Shown one piece after another: positions 1 to 8,345 of a stretch of DNA of 44,730 bases. Both the position numbers and the translations under genes were made by a program. Below the pieces are notes generated by a model. The model saw only the letters and a program-made list of their open reading frames with translations, was not told where the DNA came from and did no database searches. This DNA comes from a virus: the IMG/VR virus record IMGVR_UViG_3300043171_000105. One strand, 5' to 3'. The first letter of the stretch is position 1; each line of letters starts with the position of its first letter.

Positions 1-127
1 TTCATCTGCAACAGGTGTGGTTACCAGTGGGATCGTGACGACACAGCACCACCGTGTAAGGACACCACTGCGAAGGCGAGTCAGTACACCAGGGATAAAG
101 AGATGGTTAAGATTAAGGGGTTGTTGA
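1..127. repeat. Terminal duplication, copy 1 (identical to 44604-44730)
   Basis: Base-for-base identity of the first 127 nt with the last 127 nt of the window, checked by eye. Confidence 0.95.
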
Positions 128-132
128 AATGA
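1..132 (+). CDS. C-terminal part of a small Cys-rich (Zn-ribbon-like) protein that wraps around the circular junction
   Basis: Frame 1 is open from nt 1 to TGA at 130-132 (FICNRCGYQWDRDDTAPPCKD...). The same frame is open from GTG 44547 at the other end. CxxC plus distal Cys residues. Confidence 0.7.
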   Translation, partial: FICNRCGYQWDRDDTAPPCKDTTAKASQYTRDKEMVKIKGLLK

Positions 133-227
133 GAACCCATGTCCTTATGGTGTTCATCGTGATCTATGCGGTTGCAGCTTTGTCGTTGATGTAGGTGTAT
201 ATTTGCCTGTATGCCTATGAATACCTG

Positions 228-623
228 TTAGGCGCTCAATACTTCTTCGTATTCATCGTCCTCAAGTAACTTAATATTTATTGGCCTGCTATTTTTTATA
301 CTGTAAAAAGAAGGTTGCTTACCGTGCTTATCTGCCCATGAATCTACAGCGGCCTTTATCAAGTCAACAAGTTCTTTGCCTTGCTCAACGGTACAATCAG
401 GCCAGCTATCGCAGTATTCCCCCATCTCTTCATACGCCATGTCCATCATAGCTTCGAGATCGTTTGGCATGAAGTCAGAGGCGGTAAACTTCACCGGCTC
501 ACCGGCATATATCGTTCTTATGTCGCCAACTTTTACGCCAACATCATCAAACGCACTCTCACCGGCTTCATGTATGCTGTCATGATTATATGTTTCTTCG
601 TCTGTGCTGTATTTTAATTCCAT
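228..623 (-). CDS. Hypothetical, strongly acidic protein (131 aa)
   Basis: ORF track; last gene of the leftward primase operon. About 31 Asp/Glu versus about 11 Lys/Arg by my count. Confidence 0.75.
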   Translation of the reverse strand: MELKYSTDEETYNHDSIHEAGESAFDDVGVKVGDIRTIYAGEPVKFTASDFMPNDLEAMMDMAYEEMGEYCDSWPDCTVEQGKELVDLIKAAVDSWADKHGKQPSFYSIKNSRPINIKLLEDDEYEEVLSA

Positions 624-695
624 ATCTCTATCCCGCGCCTAACAAGGCGCATCAGCGGGAACGCGCAAAGAGAGTGCGTCCCCTGTGTTAATTGG

Positions 696-956
696 TTATA
701 TTCTTTGCTCAGCTAAAAGAGTCGTATCATCCATTCCTCTGGACTCAAGCCCTAATGTTTCACTTTCACCAAAACAGTTACCATTAACATCCACGAAGCC
801 AGCGGATAATGGTGTTCTACTTACTCGATGCCATGCGCCATGCATTTGGTTTTTCAACCGACTGAGCGCATCAGCCATAACATCATGGTTAATGTTTCTA
901 GGAAAAGTAATTATTTCTAAATCATTATCTTCATTAATCATACAAACGTATTTCAT
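696..956 (-). CDS. Hypothetical protein (86 aa)
   Basis: ORF track; co-oriented with and packed directly downstream of the primase-helicase gene. The overlapping plus-strand ORF looks spurious. Confidence 0.65.
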   Translation of the reverse strand: MKYVCMINEDNDLEIITFPRNINHDVMADALSRLKNQMHGAWHRVSRTPLSAGFVDVNGNCFGESETLGLESRGMDDTTLLAEQRI

Positions 957-1005
957 TTTTTAATCTCCAAAATATAACAAATCAATCAAGCGCGACGGAT
1001 AACCA

Positions 1006-3603
1006 TCACTTCACCATCTTCATCATCACTTCACCACGCACCTCTGTAATCTGACGCTGGTATTCATGATATAAGTCAGATGAATTCATTGCTTCGTACT
1101 TCTCTCTGTTACGCAGCACCCACAGTCTCACAGGTGTGCCTAAATGATAAGCACGAGCTTGCGAGAACCTGTTTGTCTCTTTGATGATCATACCTGTCTT
1201 CACTGGTGTGAAGTACCTGCCCTCAGTGTACATGTCACCCGGCGCGAATATAGCACCACTCTTCAATGTCTCTGACATGTCGCTGGCTGTCACCAGGTCA
1301 CATTTGAACGCACCCAGTTGCTTATTGGCGAACGCTTCAAGTGTCTGCACCATCGGTGACTTAGATGCTTCTCTGATCTCACGCAGGAAGTCAGTCATTG
1401 GTGGAGCTTCAGCCGGGTTGAAGTCACTCAGGTCAACCTGATACATCAGATGGTATGCCACAGCTTGCCAGCCATTACCCTTCATCCAGTTCCATCGATC
1501 CTCCCAGTAGTCCAACCAGTCGCGTCGCATATTATCTTGATCATCACGCGGGTTGAGGTCAGACCATACCGCGAAGAATCGACGTGATGGGCCATTCAAC
1601 CTGAGTGGCATCATGCTGTTAGTGGTCATGGTTGCGTTCAGTATGTTGCGGATCTTAATCGGCTTGATGCCTTTCTGATTCACACGCAGTGTATCCGGTG
1701 GAGCAGCTGCTAACGGCTTCAGTTTGTTACTGATCGCCATCGCCTCACGTCGGTCACCCAGCTCTGCTTCATTGATGTGCAGGTACTTGGTAGACAGCAG
1801 ATGATCGTCGAAGTCACGCAGCAACTCTTCACCACTGATGACTGTGTAGTTGTCACCCATAGCTCGTGTAAGCGGGTACAACAGATAATCTTTACCACAA
1901 CCCTCACCACTGCCTAACAGCAGCATGTGGTTGATCTTACGTTCAGGATGGCGCAAGGTGAACGCCATCCATTGTTCAATATGCTTCCTGTGCTCACTCC
2001 ATCCGAGCGCGTCGAAGTGGTCGTGCCAGCGTGCGATGTCACCCTGCGCACCGTTTGACTGAGTGATGTCGGTCCAGGTGTTAGCATACATGGTGCCATT
2101 CTCATTGAATATCTGAGGTTGTTTCGGTGCATAGTCCAGCCGGTCAACCTTTCGCACTCGACCATCCTGTAGAGCTATCTTCCTGGCCTCAGCATCCTCA
2201 TGACTGAAGCTGTTCTGGAATGCCTCAGTGCTGAAGAAGATGCGTGACTCCCAGTCATAGAACTGATTCAACTCTTTTACAAATACCACATTGTCATAGA
2301 AGTCAGCTTTGCTGGCTCGTTCACCGTACCATTGCTTACGCAGGTCTTTAAGAATCTCTTTTAAATCAACTTTTGACCACGACATAATGTCGCACACAGT
2401 GTTGTGCCAGTGCTTCTGATCGATCTTTGGCAGGTCGTCGGTGTATTTCAGCACCTGTGACGACATAGTGCGTGCTTCATTGCTGGTCGGATGCAGTCGC
2501 AGCAGCTCATCACAGAGCATCTGGATTGCATCGAGGTCAGGGGTTTCATCTACCTGTGCTGTTTCCTGTAATGGCAGTATATTTTGTGGTTGAAGGAAGC
2601 TAATAGGAACGGGTTCGGGGGTTCGTATTTGTTGAACCGGGGTAAGGAAACTGGGTTCGGCAATAGATGAGAACTCACGCATAATCTGCCAGTTTTTGAG
2701 TGTTCCAGAGAACTCCACATTGTGACTATCGATGAACCGAAGCAGGTCGCGTCCTGTACGCTCTTGACAAGCCCCATGGTGGCACTTAAACCCAATACTC
2801 CCGTCTGCGTTTGTGAACACAGCAGAGCCAGAATCGTCTGAACCCGTGTGGTCTTCCACCCACGGGCATGTGATGTCAAAGCGCCCATCAGATCGCACCT
2901 CTTTAATGTGAATAATTTCAGGAATGTTAATTAGCGGATGGTCAGATACAGCGGCTGCGCCATCGATACGTGACTCACGTCGCACCCGATCAAGATCAAC
3001 ACAGAACGGTGCAGCCAGTTGTTCAAGTGTCACACGTCTGGTTGGTTCCCATAATGTCAGTTGACATTTGTAAGGCACACCGTTGATCGACTTTGATGCT
3101 TTACTGTTTGACCCTTCAGGTAGGCGCACGTAGCGTGTGACCCCTTTCATACCTGGATCACGACCTTCAGGAGCTAGCCCGTTAGCAACCAGACCATCGA
3201 GTAAGTTCTCAACACGACTGCGATCTTCACATGGTTCATTGAGAATGTACCCCCACTGCTCCGAACCTTGTGATGTCTCAAGTATCCACGCAGGACTGGG
3301 TAGCTTTGACACCTCATCCATCGACAGCTTCTCTTTGACATCATCCAGCACGATCACCGGTGTATGTCTGAAGAGTGCTTTGCGTCTGCGTGCCTGCCCC
3401 TCGTCATCACAGTAGAAGTTACTGATGGTGAAGTATTGATTGCTACCGGGTTGGATATTGTACCGGCTGAAGTAGTCACCCTTCCATGCGATTAGGTGCT
3501 TGTCTTTAGGGATGTCACCTGGGTCATAGGGGAAGTCTGTTACATGTACCCACGGCGCATGTTCACCAAATAACGCAGTCAGGAATTCACTGTTTGTCAC
3601 CAT
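1006..3603 (-). CDS. Bifunctional primase-polymerase (AEP-like) / SF3 (D5-P4 type) helicase
   Basis: 865 aa. N-terminal VLDDV and ETSQGSEQWGY motifs are typical of AEP prim-pol domains. Cys/His zinc motif CPW..H...CHHGAC. Walker A GSGEGCGKD, Walker B YLHINEA, SF3 motif C TMTTN. Confidence 0.85.
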   Translation of the reverse strand: MVTNSEFLTALFGEHAPWVHVTDFPYDPGDIPKDKHLIAWKGDYFSRYNIQPGSNQYFTISNFYCDDEGQARRRKALFRHTPVIVLDDVKEKLSMDEVSKLPSPAWILETSQGSEQWGYILNEPCEDRSRVENLLDGLVANGLAPEGRDPGMKGVTRYVRLPEGSNSKASKSINGVPYKCQLTLWEPTRRVTLEQLAAPFCVDLDRVRRESRIDGAAAVSDHPLINIPEIIHIKEVRSDGRFDITCPWVEDHTGSDDSGSAVFTNADGSIGFKCHHGACQERTGRDLLRFIDSHNVEFSGTLKNWQIMREFSSIAEPSFLTPVQQIRTPEPVPISFLQPQNILPLQETAQVDETPDLDAIQMLCDELLRLHPTSNEARTMSSQVLKYTDDLPKIDQKHWHNTVCDIMSWSKVDLKEILKDLRKQWYGERASKADFYDNVVFVKELNQFYDWESRIFFSTEAFQNSFSHEDAEARKIALQDGRVRKVDRLDYAPKQPQIFNENGTMYANTWTDITQSNGAQGDIARWHDHFDALGWSEHRKHIEQWMAFTLRHPERKINHMLLLGSGEGCGKDYLLYPLTRAMGDNYTVISGEELLRDFDDHLLSTKYLHINEAELGDRREAMAISNKLKPLAAAPPDTLRVNQKGIKPIKIRNILNATMTTNSMMPLRLNGPSRRFFAVWSDLNPRDDQDNMRRDWLDYWEDRWNWMKGNGWQAVAYHLMYQVDLSDFNPAEAPPMTDFLREIREASKSPMVQTLEAFANKQLGAFKCDLVTASDMSETLKSGAIFAPGDMYTEGRYFTPVKTGMIIKETNRFSQARAYHLGTPVRLWVLRNREKYEAMNSSDLYHEYQRQITEVRGEVMMKMVK

Positions 3604-3618
3604 TGAATTGTTGCTCGG

Positions 3619-3816
3619 TTATTTAGTTAATTCTAATCTTGATGCACCACATTTCAACGCAAAGAACGCTTCTTCACCGTCTTCTCGCTTAGCATACACT
3701 CTACTATTCTCAACCTTTGTTATTTCAAGCAAGTCATCGATGTTTGCAAACCCCGGTGCACCCATACCAACCACTTTAACTTCATCACCAACTTCAATAG
3801 TTTCAAAATCAATCAT
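3619..3816 (-). CDS. Hypothetical protein (65 aa)
   Basis: ORF track; co-oriented and tightly packed upstream of the primase gene. Confidence 0.6.
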   Translation of the reverse strand: MIDFETIEVGDEVKVVGMGAPGFANIDDLLEITKVENSRVYAKREDGEEAFFALKCGASRLELTK

Positions 3817-3841
3817 AATCTCATCACCTTAATTTGAATTA

Positions 3842-4069
3842 TTAGTTTACTTTGCGGCTTATTAATTTGAATTTAGGGTACACTTCCCCATCCCAACCAA
3901 TATACATTTTGATTTCAGGGAGCTTGCTTATAAATTCAGCAGCGTTACCTTGTGCTGTCAGTTTCCCGTCGTCTGTAAACAAACCCAACGACTCATCGCG
4001 TATTGCGCGTTCTGATTTATTCTCTAAACCGTCAAACGATGTTTTTATTATTTCGACAACTTCACTCAT
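3842..4069 (-). CDS. Hypothetical protein (75 aa), first gene of the leftward operon
   Basis: ORF track. GAGGTGA Shine-Dalgarno 6 nt upstream of the ATG on the minus strand. Confidence 0.65.
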   Translation of the reverse strand: MSEVVEIIKTSFDGLENKSERAIRDESLGLFTDDGKLTAQGNAAEFISKLPEIKMYIGWDGEVYPKFKLISRKVN

Positions 4070-4129
4070 AACTCATCACCTCAATTTGAACCGTTAATAA
4101 TACGCCAACAGAATAGTTCTGTCATGGTG

Positions 4130-4158
4130 ATATTAAGGGAGGTGTGGAACAATGTCAA
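4130..4158 (-). promoter_or_regulatory. Sigma70-type promoter for the leftward primase operon
   Basis: Minus strand reads TTGACA (4158-4153), 17-nt spacer, TAATAT (4135-4130). Confidence 0.6.
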
Positions 4159-4166
4159 ATAAAATG

Positions 4167-4196
4167 TTGACAACTGCCACATTGTGCAACTAGAAT
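4167..4196 (+). promoter_or_regulatory. Sigma70-type promoter for the rightward replication operon
   Basis: TTGACA (4167-4172), 18-nt spacer, TAGAAT (4191-4196), about 38 nt upstream of the ATG at 4234. Confidence 0.65.
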
Positions 4197-4233
4197 AGAA
4201 TCCGTAATCAATTTATTAACCGAGGGTTTAAAC

Positions 4234-4449
4234 ATGTCTGAGAATGATAACGAGGTGCTGGATGGTAACTTGCGAGTGCGAGTAAGCCAACAGGAACTCG
4301 ATATTTTTGAAGCAAAATCTGAGCGCATGGGCAAACCCAGCGCAACTTTAGTCCGTGAAATTATAGCGGCATTTAATGATGGTCGCTTGCGTATCATCCC
4401 AACCAAAGGTCAAAAAGAATCTTTAGGAGAACTGTACAATGTCAATTGA
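4234..4449 (+). CDS. Ribbon-helix-helix (CopG/Arc-like) DNA-binding protein
   Basis: 71 aa. [32 protein letters not shown] fits the beta-strand, helix, helix pattern of RHH regulators. First gene after the promoter. Confidence 0.6.
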   Translation: MSENDNEVLDGNLRVRVSQQELDIFEAKSERMGKPSATLVREIIAAFNDGRLRIIPTKGQKESLGELYNVN

Positions 4450-4897
4450 AAACAACTTGAAACGTAGTGCTGATGCACTTGAATCTATCGCTGAGTCATT
4501 ATCACTATTGTTAATTGCTATGGGCGGTAATACGAGTGTCACAGTTGCTGCTCCTATTGCTGCTCCCGTTGCTGCTCCCGCTGCTGCTCCCGCTGCTGCT
4601 CCCGCTGCTGCTCCCGCTGCTGCTGCTGCTGCTCCTGCTGCTGCTGCTCCCGCTGCTGCTGCTCCTGCTGCTGCTGCTGCTGCTCCTGCTGCTGCTGCTG
4701 CTGCTCCTGCTACCATCGAACCTGCCCTTCTGTCAGACATCGATATGAACAATGAACTGGTCGCTGAGTCGAAACGAATCGGTGATACTGATGCTGTCAG
4801 AAATGCAATGAGTGAGCTTGGCCTTACGTCAGTGACTGGCTTAACTGCTGATGTTCAGAACTCATTGTTGTTAGTTGTTCGTGCGATTCAGTCATGA
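4439..4897 (+). CDS. Hypothetical protein with a central ~65-residue Ala/Pro repeat linker
   Basis: AGGAG Shine-Dalgarno before ATG 4439. ATGA-coupled to the downstream nuclease gene. This reading frame fits the operon packing, whereas the other five frames that are open across the repeat do not. Confidence 0.75.
   Translation: MSIENNLKRSADALESIAESLSLLLIAMGGNTSVTVAAPIAAPVAAPAAAPAAAPAAAPAAAAAAPAAAAPAAAAPAAAAAAPAAAAAAPATIEPALLSDIDMNNELVAESKRIGDTDAVRNAMSELGLTSVTGLTADVQNSLLLVVRAIQS
4547..4711 (+). repeat. Imperfect triplet repeat tract: (GCT)n interrupted by CCY
   Basis: GCTGCTCCC/GCTGCTGCTCCT units are visible directly. The tract encodes (A)nP repeats. Confidence 0.95.
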
Positions 4898-6303
4898 GCG
4901 AAGGTCATGCAAGGTTAGGTCCATCGAATAAGCGATGGCCTGAATGTCCGGGGTCAGTGCGTGAAGAAGAACGCTATCCTGACATACCCGGCGAAGCTGC
5001 CATCGATGGTACAGGATCACACCTGTTGCTTGAGATGTGTCTCGATAACAATGTACCCGCCATTCAGTACGACCAGCAGATCATTGGTGCCAATCACCAT
5101 GATAACCCCGGTGGATGGTTGATCGATCCAGCTCGTTGTGGTCGTGTGCAGATGGCGTTGGATTACGTCACTCGTCGTGTTGCTGAGTTGAAAGCTCAGT
5201 TTGAAGGCTGTCAAGTCACTGTTGAGTCTGAGCAGAAATCAGATCCAGGTGGTGCATTCGGTCGTGATGATTGGTGGGGTACATGTGATATCACCATCAC
5301 AGCACGTGACAAGATGACTGCTGAAGTGTTCTTCATTGAAGTCGCTGACTATAAAGATGGTCGTGGTTATGTCTCTGAGAAATGTAACAGTCAGAACATT
5401 AGCTATCTCTTTGGTAAGATGCGACCACACATTGCCAGTGGTCCTGAGTTAGTCAGACCGTTTGACGGTAGTAAGATCGGTGCTATCAGAATGACGATCA
5501 TTCAACCGAAGACTAACCCAGTGATTCGCTATGAGTGCTCGACTCGACCTGAAGATGGTGTCGCTGTGATTAATATCATCGCCGCCGCTGAACGGTTGTC
5601 TACAGCTGCACACGCAACTGACGCAGATGATGCACCACTGAACCCTGGTGATCATTGCCAATGGTGTAAAGCCAATCCTAAACGCGGTGGTCATTGCACT
5701 GCGAAAACCGATCAATCAATCCAGACGGTGACTGATATGAATATAATTTCAATGAGTCCAGAATTGGTAACTGATGATGGAACCCTGCTTGACCTGATCA
5801 GCAAAGCTGTATCAGATCCGAAGTCGTTGCCAGTTGAAGTGCTATCTCAACTGGCTGACGCTGAAGAAGGGTTCCAGGCTGCATTCGACAAAGTGAAAGC
5901 TGAGATTCAGGAACGCATTGAACAAGGTGACAGTGTACCTGGTTATGCAATGGTGCCGGGTCGTGGTTCTAACATCTGGAATGAAGATGAAGAAGTCATC
6001 GTCAAGAAACTGAAAGCACGACGATTGAAAAAGGATGACATCTATCCTATGAAACTCATTTCACCGGCACAAGTTCTGAAGTTAGAACAGCTAACTGATG
6101 ATCAGAAAAAGCGCATTGAGAAAGACTTGATCACGTTCAAGGGTGGTACATTGCAACTGAAGAAAGTTGCTCACGATCATCAAAGTGAGAAAGTTGTTGC
6201 ACAAAGTGGTACAGATGATGTACAATCAAACGCAGTTGAACTGATGTTCGCTGATGTTCCTAAAATCCAGGCAGAAGAATCTGCTGAAGTTTCATTTTTA
6301 TAA
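4894..6303 (+). CDS. PD-(D/E)XK nuclease, Cas4/RecB-like with Fe-S cysteines (DUF2800-type)
   Basis: 469 aa. DITI...EVADYKDG nuclease core. One N-terminal Cys (ECPGS) plus CQWC-x9-C near the core, as in Cas4/AddB Fe-S nucleases. The position next to a DUF2815-type SSB is the usual arrangement. Confidence 0.75.
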   Translation: MSEGHARLGPSNKRWPECPGSVREEERYPDIPGEAAIDGTGSHLLLEMCLDNNVPAIQYDQQIIGANHHDNPGGWLIDPARCGRVQMALDYVTRRVAELKAQFEGCQVTVESEQKSDPGGAFGRDDWWGTCDITITARDKMTAEVFFIEVADYKDGRGYVSEKCNSQNISYLFGKMRPHIASGPELVRPFDGSKIGAIRMTIIQPKTNPVIRYECSTRPEDGVAVINIIAAAERLSTAAHATDADDAPLNPGDHCQWCKANPKRGGHCTAKTDQSIQTVTDMNIISMSPELVTDDGTLLDLISKAVSDPKSLPVEVLSQLADAEEGFQAAFDKVKAEIQERIEQGDSVPGYAMVPGRGSNIWNEDEEVIVKKLKARRLKKDDIYPMKLISPAQVLKLEQLTDDQKKRIEKDLITFKGGTLQLKKVAHDHQSEKVVAQSGTDDVQSNAVELMFADVPKIQAEESAEVSFL

Positions 6304-6317
6304 GAGGTGACTTAGTC

Positions 6318-7199
<882 letters not shown>

Positions 7200-7239
7200 A
7201 CAATAGTGGTAAGCGGTTACAGGATTGGGCGTGTTCCCG

Positions 7240-7268
7240 TTGTAACAAATGCTGCCACACTCTTTAAT
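7240..7268 (+). promoter_or_regulatory. Possible sigma70-type promoter
   Basis: TTGTAA, 17 nt, TTTAAT, lying 20 nt upstream of ATG 7288. It follows a GTTACA/TGTAAC inverted repeat at 7216-7246. Confidence 0.35.
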
Positions 7269-7287
7269 TTAATATAGGATTAGTAAT

Positions 7288-7572
7288 ATGAGTGATTCAA
7301 ATTGTTCAATGGAAATGCCCATCTATGATTGTCATAAACAGGTGCACGCATTGAAGATTAAAAGCATTGAGCCTTCAGAACTCGATGACGGTGGTTCAAC
7401 TATTACACCAGAAGAAAAAGGTTATGCACCATTCTACGTTGATAATGACTATGTAGAAAAGCATGAACCGAAAGCAGGTGGATATTATGTTGTTTATAAA
7501 GGCGGTTATAAATCATTCTCACCTGCTGATGCTTTTGAAAGTGGATATACACCGCAGTTAATTCCTGCATAA
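7288..7572 (+). CDS. Hypothetical protein, possibly N4 gp49 / Sf6 gp66-like
   Basis: 94 aa. KVHALKI...GGYYVVYKGGYKSFSPADAFESGY resembles that small phage family from memory only. Confidence 0.6.
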   Translation: MSDSNCSMEMPIYDCHKQVHALKIKSIEPSELDDGGSTITPEEKGYAPFYVDNDYVEKHEPKAGGYYVVYKGGYKSFSPADAFESGYTPQLIPA

Positions 7573-7591
7573 CAATTACTCCTGCCTTTAA

Positions 7592-7616
7592 GCCCTCCTT
7601 CGGGAGGGTCTTTTTA
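7592..7616 (+). terminator. Rho-independent terminator
   Basis: CCCTCC stem, TTCG tetraloop, GGAGGG stem, then TC and a TTTTT run, 20 nt after the stop at 7572. Confidence 0.85.
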
Positions 7617-7720
7617 AAGTGACACTGGTTTAATATAAACAATTATTTTTATATACGGTTGCTTATTAGACTTATCATCATGTAGTGCATTCGTGATCAG
7701 TGTCACTTTAAAAAGAATAA

Positions 7721-7839
7721 TGCTGACGCTGGATTGCAAGCGGGGTTCGAGACCCTGGGTAGATCGAGGATGATCCGCATCACTCACGAAGTGATATAAA
7801 AGCCGGTGCATGGTGGTTCGATTCCACCAGTCAGTACCA
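7721..7839 (+). ncRNA. Non-canonical tRNA-like element (T-arm, acceptor 3' strand, ACCA)
   Basis: 7812-7828 GGTGG/TTCGATT/CCACC, then AGTCAGT, A, CCA. Candidate 5' acceptor strand GCTGACG at 7722-7728. Internal hairpins at 7741-7757, 7762-7775 and 7779-7795. I could not fold a canonical cloverleaf. Confidence 0.5.
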
Positions 7840-7863
7840 TTTAATAACAACGAGGTGACAGTG

Positions 7864-8052
7864 ATGGAGCTATACGAAATTCAAAGAGCGTTGAGTAAAG
7901 CGAGATCAGAGCTAAAAGCCGTTGAAGATAACGCGAGTATCATGGCTGATTTAATCGCTGGTAATTTAAGATCGATACCAGCTTATAAATTGAAACGATT
8001 AAAGAAAGAACTCCGTGATTTCAATATGCACACTCAGACGTGGATGAGGTGA
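7864..8052 (+). CDS. Hypothetical protein (62 aa, coiled-coil-like)
   Basis: GAGGTGA Shine-Dalgarno followed by ATG 7864. The longer track ORF from 7810 would overlap the tRNA-like element. Confidence 0.6.
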   Translation: MELYEIQRALSKARSELKAVEDNASIMADLIAGNLRSIPAYKLKRLKKELRDFNMHTQTWMR

Positions 8053-8057
8053 CAGTG

Positions 8058-8345
8058 ATGAATGACAATAACGATGACGGTATATCGCAGGTGTTAATCT
8101 CTAAAGCTGAATGGTTGCTGAAATATAAACCAGAAACAGCTGATGAAGCCTTTAATATGCTGTACGAACAATTCAATGAACAGACAGAAACAATGCTAGA
8201 GCTGACTGCATCGATGATCAGTCGTCCTCCTATGAAAAAAATTACAAAATGGTATGAATTCTGGAACCCGCAGAGTGGTTTTATCGGGGGGATAATAATG
8301 GGTGTTGTACTTTTAATTATTATGTGGTTTATATCGCACAAATGA
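8058..8345 (+). CDS. Hypothetical protein with a C-terminal transmembrane helix
   Basis: The identical GAGGTGACAGTGATG initiation region sits at 8046-8060. C-terminal hydrophobic stretch GGIIMGVVLLIIMWFI. Confidence 0.6.
   Translation: MNDNNDDGISQVLISKAEWLLKYKPETADEAFNMLYEQFNEQTETMLELTASMISRPPMKKITKWYEFWNPQSGFIGGIIMGVVLLIIMWFISHK

Noticed and set aside
133-227. An expected bidirectional terminator between the convergent early block and the primase operon
   Set aside because: I could not find a convincing GC-rich hairpin with flanking T or A runs in this 95-nt gap.
624-695. Two hairpins (635-650 GCGCC/GGCGC; 657-683 GGGAACGC/GCGTCCCC with a bulge) between the 696-956 and 228-623 genes
   Set aside because: They are real structures but short and lack a T-tract. 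They are most likely an mRNA stability or processing element, which is not distinctive enough to report as a finding.
4423-4752. Poly-Ala (minus strand) and poly-Leu (4515-4748, plus strand) ORFs across the first triplet tract
   Set aside because: These are artefacts of a 3-nt periodic repeat that leaves all frames open. Only the 4439-4897 frame has a Shine-Dalgarno, fits the operon and has non-repetitive flanks.
7812-7839. The tRNA 3' half as an attP core for integration into a host tRNA or tmRNA gene
   Set aside because: I found no integrase, excisionase or repressor module anywhere in the closed genome. It is kept only as a minor alternative in the finding.
7614-7850. 78-aa minus-strand ORF covering the terminator-to-tRNA-like gap
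   Set aside because: It has no Shine-Dalgarno, is antisense to a terminator and a structured RNA element, and is AT-rich with low coding quality.
7852-8060. Exact 15-nt repeat GAGGTGACAGTGATG (7852 and 8046) and 18-nt repeat AGGAGAGTGACAATGAAT (43651 and 43875) as regulatory motifs
   Set aside because: Each sits exactly at a translation start. GAGGTGA is an extended anti-SD complement followed by the ATG, so these are duplicated ribosome-binding sites rather than a separate system.
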